NCBI GenBank assembly: GCA_000708835.1
Contig: DF237163.1
Location: 76,549-140,548 of the forward strand
From: Klebsormidium nitens
Taxonomy: Eukaryota > Plantae > Klebsormidiophyceae
DNA: 64,000 bases
Direction of reading: 5' to 3'
Part shown: positions 49,497 to 63,096 of the stretch, in pieces
Position numbering within the stretch: the first letter of the stretch is position 1
Layout: each line of letters opens with the position of its first letter
Position numbers and translations under genes: made by a program
Notes under the pieces: model-generated
The model's database searches: none
What the model was told of the DNA's origin: nothing
Seen by the model: only the letters and a program-made list of their open reading frames with translations

Positions 49497-49941
49497 GGAG
49501 CCTGGAGCATGGCTTAGCACGACGACGGTAGACACGTCGATCCTCTGCACACGAGTCTTTATCCGCGACCAGCTCAGGTCCGGCGCATGGCGCAGAGCCC
49601 GGGCGGGGCCTGACCCAGTGAGTCCGGTCAAAGTTAATGATGGGCCTTCCGGTCATTGAACGACCCATGCTACGAGGATTGAGCAACGACATCACATCGT
49701 ACGTCAGGATTCCGTTTGCCAAGTTGACAGACCATCATAGTGCGCACGTACGCGACAATGCGCGTGTACTAGCGCTGCTGGTTGCTCCAAATCAGCCGGT
49801 TAAGTTCTTGAGAAGCGATGTTGGGCATATACAGTCATGAGGCCAGTCGACCATGAACTGTTTTGCAAGAAACCCAATCTTGTGCGCAACTATTCACTAA
49901 GTTCTTAAGACAAATGTTTTTAATAAGCAATAAGAGCAGTA

Positions 49942-52900
49942 TCATACCGCTCTACCCAAAGTTTCGGCGACAGTCACATGGAATGGATCTGCTAGATGGT
50001 CCACCAAGTTCTCGATGGGCCCAGTCTTTGTCACCAGGGCTTGCACAATGAAGCCAAGAACTGCTACCATGGCTAGCCGCCCTGCAGAAATAGACGTTTG
50101 CAATTGAAGATCGATGCACGGCTTATTTGTGTCACTGCCAATGAAGCATTTCGGGCAAACGACGATGAAGCTATGAATGCTTGCTTGCTGCAAAGTCGAG
50201 AAGCGTGAACAGAGGAACACATGAAGTTCCTACTGCCTTTCTCAAAATACTTGGGGGGAAAGAGGGATGTTTGAGACCAAAGTCTTTCAAGCAATACCGT
50301 CTCAGGCAGCGAGAGCTCCATCTCGATCGATGAGATATTCTCTCTCAGCATTGCAAGCGAAGAGTCCGACTTCGAATCAGACTTTGACACAGACCTGAAA
50401 GACGCAAGCAAATAATCAGCTCACCGTTCTTCAACTCCTTTGTTCGCATCTGGAATACGTCGTCTTTTGCAGTGATGCCTGTTCCGAGCCCAGTAATATT
50501 GAAGAACGGGCCACCCGGATAACCCGGCTCTAGGCCTTCAAGAGTGGCCTCTATTCCGAAGAACCACGCGTCTTTTTGGGAGCCCGGTTTCACGAAGTCG
50601 TAGTACCGTTTTGTTTCGACGAATCTGCAGAGAATGGATTCTGCTTGAGCACGCTGACAATCTAGGCCGTTTCAGCAACATTTCTCCAGCCGTTTATGCT
50701 CTTCAAAGGTTGATGATAAGTATGTTGACGAACCCACCTCGCTTGTCAGAAGCGTTTGAGTACCAGCAACTACAGCAAAATCGTTGGGGTTGCAAAGTAT
50801 CGACGTCTTCGCTTTTTGAGACTTTTGCCTGAACATTCAGGATCTCTCGGGACTTTGCTTCACTTATCGATAGCAGATACTGAGAGCAGCCTCAACCGCA
50901 ACGACAGGTAACATCTCGACGACCACTTTCCGCATCTGGTCTATCTGACCAACCCAGTGCATGTCAGACCTGGGCTTCCACATGTTCCACACGAAACACC
51001 TCCACGACTTGCTGAGGCGATGGAAAGTCAGTACAAAACAGAACTCGGGCACACCCCCCGTTCTCAGCGTGGAATTTCGTCACATGCAGCGCTCACCCCA
51101 TCAACAGCAGCTGTACCAAGAAGAGCGTTCCGGTGGGGGCGAAGTACGAGGCTGCGCCCGCCTCATACCAGACAGGGATGTCCCGACCAGAAGCTCTGAG
51201 TAACTGCACAAAAGCAGCCAGTACAAAGCAGATTGTAACCAGTCGAGTATTTTCCGTCGGCAGCCAGGACCGCATCTGGTGAAAGCCATTGACGGACTCC
51301 TTTCTGGGAGTGCGTGAGGCATCACGAGAAGGGATGTTTTGTTTGAGTGTTGCCGGCTGTAAAGATCTTGACACATTAAGCATTTGCAACTGCTATCCGC
51401 TGATTGGTAGGCCCATCGCCCCAATTCAAAACAAAGTTGCAGTCTTTCTATAGACTTCCTCTAACCTGCCAAGCAGTCGTTGTTCAAGAGAGGCTAAGGC
51501 AGATTCCCGGTTTAAAGTTGAGTTTCCGTAACCAGTCTTGGCCACGTCTGTTATGGCCTCGGGGGGTCTGGATTTCTTCAAGGGGAGGGGTCTGTGAGAG
51601 GTCTTGAGCATGAAGAACCAGGGCGAATCCAAACTTGACACCGCTTCAATGCTTGAGAAAATTCATGGGGTGTCAGGAGTAAGAGCCCACAACAGGGCAG
51701 CATAACTGGTTTGAACTAGCACGTAGCCAAGAACATTTGCAGGCTTCAGAGAGGTACGATGACATGGTCCGGTACCACCAAGTTTGTGTTGCCAGAAAGC
51801 ACTCTGGAGCCTTGAAGGCACAATTGATGAGGTGACGATGCTGAACAATATAGTATGCCTTGGGCTTGCGCGATGTGCTGAGTGGACCAACAAAGGCGAA
51901 CAAAACACTCCATCTGGTGGCAAAGCGTCTCACCTCTTGCCCCAGAATGCCTGCTGCTCCCAGCATCGCAAAGCGCGCATGCACCAGCTCTGCCTGGACG
52001 TACCACGCCAGGTCTGCCGGGTCTGTGCCTAGGCCAAGAGGGTCGAAGCCAAAGTCACCAGGGCGCCTGGAGAAAAAGAGTTAACTTTTGAGAAAGAGCA
52101 GGAAAGAAGGTATGGAAGATGTTGCAGTGAGGTGGTAGCCATGGACACTGTTTGAAAGTGATCGGTGATTGGTCGTCGCGGAGCAGAAACCGAGAATGCT
52201 AAGATCAAAAGGTGCTGAAGGGGAGCACCCGCCTTTATTGCCGGAAGCAAGCATAATATGGTGCGGTGGTGAACTATCTCTTGACGAGGCTGGTGCAGAC
52301 GGATGTTTTCCCCAAGCCAGTGCGTATTGAAGGCGTGAGCGGAATCAGGTGGCATCGTTTGATGGCACCATACCGAAGCAACTAAACCCTAACTTCAAAT
52401 ACCTGAACAATGCAAGTGCCTGGCTTCCAAAGCCTGACTCCTGAACACCGCATTGCACCTTAGGGCCAACGATCCACGTCCACCTTTACCAGAGGGAGCA
52501 GCTTGTTGATGGCAGCTTGCTTAAAAAAGTCCTCTTCTTGAGGTAATAAGTAAATGTAGGGCCGCCACTAGTCAAGCTGGACTCTAAAATCAGATCCATC
52601 TTCGTGATCGAACCAACATTGCTGTTACAAACGCAGTCACAGACCAACAGACAATTTGGCAGCCACCTCTACAAGAAGCAACAATCAAACAAGGAAACAT
52701 TCAAGCTATGTGCAGGGCATTCCTACGTTCCATCCAGGTGCTTTGCTGGCGCTGTCCCGGGTAGCCACACCGGCCTCTCTGCGCTCGCCGAAACCCTGAA
52801 GCCGGCCCTGTTCTTATAGGCTACTCCTCCCCTTTTCCTGATTGGCTTGTTGAATTGCTGGAGGGGCGATGCGGAGTGGCGCCTCAGACCAGCTCCCCTG

Positions 52901-53010
52901 AATACTGCATTGCGAATGCAGGGGGCGGATCCCGAACAATGGCGGCTGCTGCCTTCCACAGAGATCCTCGATGTGGCTTGGATCTGGCTGCGCGCTAGCG
53001 TTGAAGCCAT
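49942..53010 (-). CDS. LHCA5: Photosystem I light-harvesting chlorophyll a/b-binding protein, Lhca5-like, 5 exons
   Basis: Exons 53010-52727, 52066-51934, 51203-51097, 50624-50425, 50081-49942. Motifs [70 protein letters not shown] and KELKNGRLAM closely follow my recollection of Arabidopsis Lhca5. N-terminal transit peptide. Confidence 0.9.
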
Positions 53011-54045
53011 CGATGCTATACGTTTGCAAGAGCTCCAGAATCAGATGGAACAGATATCGGCGCTGGAAAGGTTGGCAGACAAGAAGCGCTGGAGCAATGC
53101 TAATTGCGATTATTAAAGCGGATCAGTACACAATGGCGTCCTTTTCACTTGCTGCAGAGGTGCAACTAAAAGGTATCCAAGCGCTGCTTCTGTTGCAGCT
53201 ACAGTTGCTAGATTTATAAAAGCTCCAAACAAATTTCAATGAAATGAACAAGCTCCCTGCCGCCCAACAGAGTCACTTGAAATGTTTCGCGCGCGTGCGC
53301 GCAGATTGAAGAGCTGTAACGAGAGCCTTTCGATGCGTCCAAGAGGCTCTCGAAACCGTTGATGGGGAACTTTCAAAGACGACAGCAACCGCTGGTAATG
53401 TCGGAGGCAGCCCTGTGAAACCGTTGATGAAGCAGGCTTCACTGCATGTGCCAACGCTTCAAAGCTTTGCATTCGAACTTGCAATTATGCTCACACTCTT
53501 ACAAGCTTGAGTCTGCCCTTTAGTTCAACAAGCGGAATTGTGCAAATTGTAGCCACTCCAACAGCTGACATATTGACATACTTCCGGTGATCTTTACGTC
53601 CATCCGGGCTCTCATCTTGTGAGCTCACCGAGCAGGTTAAGATTGCATGCGGGCTGGATTCAAGGGAGCCCCATGCACTGAGGTGTCCCGCCTTTCGACT
53701 CATCTACGAGTCGATATTAGACAACTGATCGAGAGTTCATTGATCAGACAAAAAGCGATAACTTCAGGCAGCATTGCCACAAGCGGGCGGCCGTCGAATC
53801 AGCTGGGTATGGTGAATACCGAATACGCTTTGCTAGATATTACAACAGCTTTCATATTCAAAGCTGAGTTGCTGAGTTGCTGACACACAAGTTGACACCT
53901 TTCCTTGTTGAGCTCTTTTTTCCTGCCATTAACAGCCCATCTCACAGGAGATATTCCTACACATTCACGTTCTTATGTCACCAGCTAGCAGCTCTTCAGC
54001 TTTCAAGCTCCACTTCAGCAATGCTCTAAGTTACCGTAATCAAAG

Positions 54046-57000
54046 ATGGGCCATTCAGCGGAGACTCTAAGCGACCTGCAAGTCTGCAGAGCGCTGAAGG
54101 GCTGCATTGCTGAGTTCCTGGCTTACCATGGGCTTCAAACCACTCTCAAGGCGAGCCATCTTTTCCTCATGAGCTCTCTCTTCGCATCACCTGTTTCGAT
54201 TCTTTCTTGACGGTGGTGAGATCCAATGCCTTGATTGGTTATGGTAGCGGCTAATCTTACTCAACTATTTCCACCACCTGATCCTCAAGGAATATGTTTG
54301 CCTTCGGACAGGGTGTAGCTCCAGACACTTCAGCGCGCATAAGTACGGTCGGAAAGGAGAGCCTTGACCAGAGTGAGCAAAGAGAACAATAAAATAATCA
54401 TCGAAATTTGTGTGCGCAAGAAAGCATACTCATTCGGCTACACTCTGCCCAGCACGGGGCATCTCAATTTACAAACTAAAGCTTGGAGTATCTTCTCGAT
54501 GTGAGTGTCACCTGGCCGTACAGAGCTCATTTCACGAAAGTTGTCGAGATTGCTACCCACGACCCTCTTGCAGTCCTTTGAGGAGGAGTTCTACACCAAG
54601 CGCATCGCCAACGCGTCTACTCTTGCCATCCCCTTCGAAGCCAAGACCGCCTTTCTCCAGTTTTTCAAAGCGGGGGACGGCCCCTCGTTCTTCACTCTCT
54701 GGGCTGAGCATGCCCCCCCTGACAGCAGCAAAGCAATGCTCAGTCTGCGACTGGAGCTGCACTCGTACTTCCTAGTCTGGGGGCCCACAAATGGGGGGGT
54801 AAAAGAAGGGTTTGAGAGCTTTCTGGGGGAAAGCGGGGGACAGCTGGCGCTGGAGAAAGACCAGTTGCATTACTTTGCGCTGCCGCACGTGACGGAGCCG
54901 CAGTCGCACCCACTCTTTCAGGTGAGTGGAGCATCTGCGCCGTGTTAGACTGGTTAACATGGGCAGTGGATTGTCGGTGTGGTGCTGTTCTGACTCAGAA
55001 CAAGGTCGAGATATGTGATTACAAGCAATGCGCTGTGTTCATTCCCTTCTGTTGCGCTTGATTGCCATGAAGAGTTGGGGCGCGTTGCATTACAAACAAA
55101 CTCCTGCTGGCATTCGTAGCTGCCAACCTGTACTGGTGATAAGGGATCATGTCCGTAAGCGTTTCTCAGATCTGGAGCGATTTAGGTCCAGCTTTCAGAC
55201 ACAAAGCATCCTTCCCAGGTCCCATAAGCCATCTCTGAGCCTCAGTTGATGTCCGTGCTCGACTATGCTGTACAATATCCAGTTTGAGCACCAAAGGGCC
55301 CACAAAGGTCCAATTTTCGACAAGCAGATAGACAACGAAGCATCTCACTCTCGCAAACTCGGCTCACAATTGGCTGACACTGTTCACAGGAGCTCTTCAC
55401 TGTGGAGTGGCGCGAGGCCCTGCGTCAGAAGCTGGAAGCTTTTCTCGACTACCGCGATCCCACGAAGATGACGCCACTTCTCCACGATATGTACCGCGAT
55501 TTCCACACGCGACTCGCAGAGGAATTTGGCGACCCAGCGATTGCGTCGAGCTTCGAGCTGGCGGAAGCAGATGCGATGGGCGCTTTTCCACTGGGCGCTT
55601 CACCAGGGGAAGAGGCTGGTGTGAAAGGGCTCTCTGGTGGGGCCAACGTTGGAACGGGGGAAAGTGGCGGCTTGGGGAGTCAGGGTGACGTCAGAACCTC
55701 GACGCGCAGGAGCATGATAGACTGGCTGAGAAAGCTGGAGCGGGGGGGCCAGGAAGGGCAACTTGCCGGGGCTAATCAGCCCCCCCGGAAAGGTTCCGCG
55801 GCGGAGCCGACTGTCAAGCCGCTTGTGAGTGGCAAAAATTTGCTCGAAGATGGGAATGGGTTCACGGGACAACGGATTGTTGCCAAAATGGTGGCAGAAG
55901 ACCGGGGCGGCTTCTTCTCTTCGGGGCAACAGTTGCAGCAGGGACTGATGCTCCCCGTCTCGGGCCGCCCGCTGAGCGCCCGAACTCGGCGTCATCTGCT
56001 GACGTCATCTGCTGACGTGGCGCGGCAGAGCACGGACTCTATTCTCAGCAGACAGGACGAACGAGCAGATCGTGACGGGTCGCCCGCCAACAATACTGTT
56101 AAGCGGCCCCTTAGTGCGTCGATGAGTGTGGAGTCCGCAGCCGCTTTATTCGGGCGGGCGGCTTTGTCGGGTTCATCCGAACAGAGGACGGGGCAGAATG
56201 CAAGTATAGAAAGGGGTCAGGGGCTGAGTGGATGGCAAGGCAAGCCCGGGTCCGTTTCTCAGTCCCTGGCGTTTACTCCGCGCGAGGGGGAGGGATCGGA
56301 GTCAAGGCCGATGACCGGAAATGTCAAGCGGCCGCCGAAGATGCCTCTTATTCAAGTGGGCTTAGATTTGATGAAAGTTGCGGAACAGGGGGGAGCGAAG
56401 TTGAGGGGCGACGAGGAGACCATTGACAGGAGTCCGTCCCCCAAGGTCCGAACCCCTTCCTTGTCTACAGTGCTGTACCCAGTTCGTTCCAAGTCATTGT
56501 TAAGGAGATTAGCTTTAGGTTTCGGAGTTCTCCACGACTTCTGGCTTCTTGTGCTCCTCTGAAGATTCTCCATATTAAACCTGCTTGTGTGTGCAGTTCC
56601 CATTTGTCATTGCTTTCAGCCCGAGCAAGCAGTTTCGTCCAACCGCTCGAAGCGCACAAGTTTGACAAGCTGTCACGTATTCACAACTTTGATGACGCTA
56701 GCCCGCGAATCTTGTCTTGACGTTGGTCCCTGCAAAGAGGTTTGGTCGCTTTTGTCGCCCACAATACATACCTGGCACTCCCAGGATGTCTTCAAACACT
56801 GTTCAGAACCCCCTAATAATATCTGCAATCCCATAGAGAATCCATTGAATCCTGCCTTTCAGGTTATTCTCAGCCGTGCATGGAATCTTGCCGTTCATTA
56901 CACGCCTTCTGTCGCCCACAACACCGTCCAAAGGTATTCTGCATCCCTTCGAAGACATATCCAAGATCCATAAAAACGTTCTCGGATCTACTGACCAGTA

Positions 57001-60000
57001 TGTTCCTTACAGGTCGCTCCCAGCCGAACCAAGAAGCTGAGCCGGACCAACTCTCTCGGACGCCCCGACGCTGCCACCCGGACTTCCGAACTGTCCGCAC
57101 AGAGAGCCCACCGGGGCAGTCGGAGCATGGACCTTTCGGACGCCCGGTTAAATCTCTCGGACGCCCGGTTGGATCGTTCGGACGCCCAATTGGACCTTTC
57201 GGACGCCCGGTTGGGATTTGGGGCAACCGAGGGACTCCAACCAGGGCCTTCTGCGGAAACGTTGAGGCTCGATGGGCGGTCGGGGCAGCTCTTCGGGGGG
57301 GTTGGGGAGGACGTGCGGGACTCGTTCCAGGCCCTGTGCAATGCGCACGAAGTGGTGAGTTGCAAGTTGCTCGACCATCTTAGTCTTGGTGACTTAATCT
57401 TGCGAAGGGCGACTGACGGTTCTGGCTTGTTGCATCCCTCGTGACACAGGCTCCGTGCCTAAGCAAGTTTTGAGTCGAGTATCGCAACGTAGTTCTGTAT
57501 GGGCGCGTGATCCTCTTTTGTCTGAGAAGAAGAACTGTAGCCAGTACGAAAATGTCACCCCCGAAATCGTCGTTTCTTGTCTAACGCAAAAGTGCTTTGT
57601 GTCAGTACCAGGATGAAAGCCGGTTGCACTCAATGGCACATTCCCCCTTTGCTTCTGCCGAGCAACTAGACAAGCGTCTCTTTCTTGCCCTAGGTCCGGC
57701 GAAGCACCCACCTGACCCTAGACAGCATCGAGGACGACGTGAATGAAGGTGCTGACGTCAGCGTTGCTAATGTTGCCATGGACTACGATAAGATCCGGCA
57801 TACTCTTTACGGAGGGTCCGACCAGGACGTGGCCGCCCTGCTGCAGGTAAGAGGCGCGCGCGCCAATTCTGCACATATCCAACGTATTCTCGCTCAAGTC
57901 TGCTGCGCATTCCATCTTACGAGAAGAAACAAGGAGTGAAATCGCAAATTCTAGGGGAACTTAGACGTGACCATCCTAACGGCGAAGGGCCTGAAAATAT
58001 GTTCAGTAGAAGCCCGTACGTCTTCGACGATTTTAAGGCGACCATCAGAAGAAAAGAGGCAGCCAATGTCGATTTTTATGGCTGAAGTGTCTGGCGATCC
58101 GTCTTGTACGAGCAGCACATTGGAAGCCGCTGCTTCCACACTGAGGATAACATTCATCTCTTCAAGCACCAGAAACTAGACGAGCGAAATTTGCAGCACC
58201 TTGAATGTCATTTTTCATTTTTCCCGCCCACTTGCAGGACATCGCAAAGCGATTACTTAGCTCGCCAAAGACCTTTCAAGAAACGCTCGGCGGCGATCCG
58301 TTCTGTTTCCTGACCGGACGGAAGCAGCAGCGGCCTCTGCTGGCGCTGCTCGTGGAGCGCGGCGGTGGCGTTACGCGGCCGCTTGCGCGCGCGCTCAACG
58401 TGCTCGCGAGCGAAGAGTCTGGGCGAGGGTGAGTGCGTCAAAATGCGCAAGCGCGCCTCCGTCCCAGGTCGTCAAACGTCTCCAATTCTGGTTCGAATAT
58501 AAGTTTTTAAGTTGAATGACAAGAACAGTCAGAGTTTGAGTCTGAGAGGAGACTCGTACAGGACTTTGTGTAGCAATTCCAACAAGTGAGAGGACTTTCT
58601 AGCTCGACTTCGAAGTGCAAACTTTCTGGTAATCTATTCGCATCCGCGCTCAGAGGGTGGTCTGATTTGAACTGAGAACTCAGATAAGAACATTCAGAAC
58701 GAATCGATGACTCTTACTTTGTTTCCATCCTCCTATCAGGCCTGCATAATGGGAGACGGCAGGCTTTCAACTCTGTGATATCCAGCTCTATTTTTGCGAC
58801 GCGCTTAAATAGTTGGAAGATTAAGATCCTATTAGCAGTTACAGAAGCTTATCAACATCTAATCGGAGTGTCAGCTTACCTGTCGGGAACAGAAAGACCG
58901 TAGACTCGGAACTGCCCTGCAAGTCCTCTTCCGTATCAAAGAAAATACTTCAGAATCGGTGATTTTACCGGCGTGCGGGTTGTTTGGACCTTCTCAGTTC
59001 GTAATCGACTTCTTTGATTTTTCGCACAGATACCTCTTAACGAATGAAGCGGTCATTGTTGAGACCCTGGTCCGGATAACGCGCTTGGGGTGCGCCGATC
59101 CGGAGGCGGCAGAAGCGTTGCACGACGGTTTGGAGGCCCTGCAGAAGCTGAGCGAAGGGCGTTCCGTCCAGAAGCTGATGATCCGGCACGGGGTGAGCGG
59201 AACAGCGGAAAGGCTGTTAGGGTGGTATTTATGTTAGTTACGAATGCCGACAGAAAGCGTCAGAAACTCTGGAAGGACTGATACTAAAATGCTTCAGACG
59301 TCTATGAGCCTCATGTCGCGACTTGCGGGTCGAAGACATGTGCAATCTCTATCTTGCGGATTTGCTGAAGCCCGCTCAAGATCGTCTTCGTTCGAGCACG
59401 AGTTGAAATCACTGGTAGGCATGAAGTTGGTCACAGGAAAAAGGGATCGATCTAGATCCTCTGGAAGGTCGATCCGACGATGTGCTTGCATCATACAGAA
59501 GCACCATGAAGGTTGAGGGACTTCGCCGGGATACTTGATAGACGCTGCCAGCTCTCAAAACATTGCCGCCGACACAAATGGAAACGTTTGTTAAGGAAGG
59601 GGCAGAGTTTTCGTGCCCATCGAAATTATTGTGTCGATCAAAGTCGACCAGTTCGGCCCTGCTACCGCGTGTGCGTTGTGACTGATACTCATGAAAGGAC
59701 TAATCAGGCTGACAACAGCTGTTTGGGCCTGCCAAATCTACACGACATATCCTGATTTCAATGTAAAGTATCTTCATTGGGGAACTCTCCAGATCGTTGT
59801 CGATCTGACGTCACTTATCAGCGGGCGCGCGCGCGGCGCGCTCGACGAGTACGGGCTCGAGCACGCGCTCGCGCTGCTGATGACGCTGTCGCTGCGCGCG
59901 GCCGGGAAGCGCGCGTGCGAGGCCGCGGCCGCGGAGCTCCTCGAGGCGCTGATGGAACTGCTCGAGAGCGACAGCCCACAAGTGAGCCGATCTAACTAGG

Positions 60001-62183
60001 TATTGATTTTGGGAATCTTTTCCAGATCCTGAAGCCATACACCGTACCGGAAGCAGCGGAACGTGAGTCGAAGAAATGATTGGGATCTCGCGGAGGCCCC
60101 TTGAGTCAATCCCCTAGTGAGCTCTGCCCTGCCCATCGGGACTCACGAAGTTTTTCATCGTCTCTCAAACCTGATGAGTTTGGCATTATGGTTCACTTGT
60201 CGAGAAATTCTGAATGAAGGGCGAGATAAAAGTTTTGGAATTGCAGAGGATTCGGCCTGCACCTCATGTGTGGTAGAACTGTCGGCGAGCTGCTCAGTAC
60301 GGCTCAGAATGTTCACCAGAGACTTTTTAGAAGGAATCTGCTTGCGAACGACGGTTTCTTGTAGCACTCTGCTTCTGATTCGGCGAGAAATCAGACCCTA
60401 TTTGGAGCCCCTGATTTCGCGCCCATGTCTGCACTTTCTCGATTTCAGGAAGAGCGGGATTTTTAGTGCTCTTTAGCTCGCTTAGTGCTTCGTCGATGCA
60501 CATGCACACAGGAAGAGACCTGATAGAAGACTTTCAGGTTCGAACAGACCGATATGAAGATCTACATGGAATAGATGCTCCTTCTGCAGGTACGCACCTT
60601 CGTCAACGGTACCCTCTACTCCCTCCTCTCGCGGCCCGAGATCCGCGCAGCTGCGCGCGAGATGGACCTCCCCGCGCTGCTGCGCGCGGTCGTAAAGGGC
60701 GCTGACGCCACGTGTGCGCGCCAGATTGGCCACGTGCTGACGCAGATGCACGGGGCCGCGGACGCGGCCGAGACGTCCGATTCGGGCGACAGCTCGGGCG
60801 GCGAGGTTTTGGAGCCCGCCAGGGTGAGGGCTTTTCAGCTTCTAAGTAGAGACAATCCGTCATGTAAAGAATTTCCATACGTTCATTGCTGAAGACATGA
60901 GAAACCGTGACTTCAATCATGGCGATTTCGCCGTTCTGACCTAAGAATGAAGAGCACGTCAGTCGACTATTTTAGAACCAAAAGAAGAGCGGCCTGAATG
61001 GAGCAGAGTTCTCTCGTATTTCAATTCATTTCACGGCGGCCGCCTTAACGGCGACCCGTGCATCCAAGCCTCGCACATGTTTTGCTTGCATATTCTAGTT
61101 CCTTCAAAGTGCCTGGAAAAACGCGAAGCATTTCCGTCCCAGCTGCTCAAGTCTCGCCGGCTAATTGCAATGCAACAAAGCATTAAAGCGAAACGAAATA
61201 CGAAGCGCTTTACCTGCGCCGGAGTCTTAACACCAATTGTCTTCCCGACAGGTAAACGACCCAAGATCCACCAAATCAGCCTCGGCGCGGCACTCCCCCT
61301 CTGTCTCCCGCGTCGAACTCGGCGGCGAGAGCGGGCGCGGCGCTCAAAGCCAAGAAACTGAGCACCACCTGAAACCCTTGAGCCCCAACGTGAGTTGATT
61401 CCGTCAAGCCCGGCCAGCATTCTTGATTTCCAAACGTGCACAAGCGTAGTTGAGAACACGGTTTCCAAATGTGCACGCGACCGGAGCGTAAAGGGTCACG
61501 AACCGGACGAAGTTGTGCTCTTTTGCATTTCGAACCGAGTCGAACGACTCGGTGGGTGGATGCTGTGGGAAACAAGCGGCAGCGCCTCGTTGCACTTCGT
61601 CCTCATTGCGCAAGGGTACAGAAAATCGGGGCAGGACTCAGAGGTGCGAAAAACAACATGGTCAAACAACCACGGTTTACAGCGTCTGCCGTAAATCGGT
61701 CAAGTGAGAAGGCGGACGGCCGAGCCGGCCACACTCGAAGCGTGGGCTGCACACTTGACCAGAAGAACTTCTGAGTTGCTGACATCAGTTTGCTTCAATA
61801 AAATGGGAGTTCAGAGTCTAAGCGCCATCATGATTAAGTAAAACCGGTGTCCGTCGGACCGCATGCCACTGTTGGTCATAGATTGCTAGCTCAATGTGCA
61901 GGTATGCGGAGCTTCGGAGCGGAATGACGCCGCCCTTGCGTCAGGGACCAAAGCTACGGGGGCTTCAGCGAAGGCCTCCGGCGCGACTAACGGACAAGGA
62001 GCTCACAGAGAAAGTGTTGAAAACTTGCCTGCGCAGCGGGGCGGCAAAAGACGGGGGGACTCCGAGGTGCGCCGAAGCACCGTCACGGAACAAGGAAAGC
62101 GGCCGGCAAACGTTCGGGCCTCTGCGGAAGCGTTTGCGGCTCGGCCGAAAGTACCAAGGACGCCCGAGCTACACAGTAGGTGA
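54046..62183 (+). CDS. ARMC9: LisH domain and armadillo-repeat ciliary protein ARMC9, 11 exons
   Basis: Exons 54046-54150, 54574-54921, 55390-56445, 57013-57354, 57694-57846, 58238-58428, 59030-59192, 59793-59981, 60590-60823, 61252-61389, 61902-62183. LisH CIAEFLAYHGLQTTLKSFEEE, followed by YFALPHVTEPQSHPLFQELFTVEW, DYDKIR, ALQKLS, EHALALLMTLSLR and FVNGTLYSLLSRPEIRAAA, which match ARMC9 as I recall it. Confidence 0.88.
57127..57214 (+). repeat. 21-nt coding tandem repeat (4 copies) in ARMC9 exon 4
   Basis: Unit similar to TTGGACCTTTCGGACGCCCGG, encoding MDLSDAR-LNLSDAR-LDRSDAQ-LDLSDAR. Confidence 0.9.
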
Positions 62184-63096
62184 CTTGCAAAGCCGGCGCG
62201 GTTCCGGCCTTGGCTTGCGTGGGCGAGCTGGCCCCATATATAAGAGTGATTCTGCCCAGGCAGATGTGAGATGTCGTTTGGCAGCTCAGGGACAAGAGTG
62301 TTTGATGACCGAGGGGTCGTTAACACAAGGGACCGCAAAGCGGGTTTCCTGGCACACGATTCATTCCATGCACTCGATCACCACGTACGTTTGGTTAATG
62401 ATAAAAGCACGTCACAAATGATACACATGCATCTTGACAAAACACAGAATCCGAGTCTTGTGGGCCCTGCTCTGTAATAACCGATTAAAGCGTAGGATCG
62501 GCTGCAACTACGTCGTCTTTACTAGTGCGAATGTTGCGTCTGCAAAGTTGTTGACACCATATTCGAGAACGTTGTCAGCCGCACGCCGCTGAGAAACGGT
62601 CGAGTCGAATTATCAGGATGCTCAGCGTGATCGACCTGGCCAGGCACTCTCAAAGCCACCCAGCTAGCCAGCTCAAGTTATGCTCAATGCTGGCTGTTCT
62701 GAATCCGTTGGACCAACCGTTTCTCGGAAGGTTCTCTAGAACAATTGAGAATAATGTTCCATGAGGCCCGGGGTCTCCGGACATATGATGCACAGTCGCG
62801 TTTGAAACCTGGCAACATTTGAGTACCCTCCATGCACTTTTGATGCGTTTAGACTCGCATCGATTTGGTGTCGATTTGCTTGAAAATTATCTGGTCAGTT
62901 GTCAGCTACTTCTGGAACTTTTTACAAAAGCTTGTAGGCTGAATGACAAGCTATCTTGACATCTTGGACACAACGGGCCCCCTAGTAGGGGCTAGGTGTT
63001 GTTATCAGTCCTCGGCTGCTGACCATGTCATTGAAGTCCCTGAAACACACCTCGTGAGATCAGCCTGAAGATGGGGAAGCCCTAATTTGATATGAG

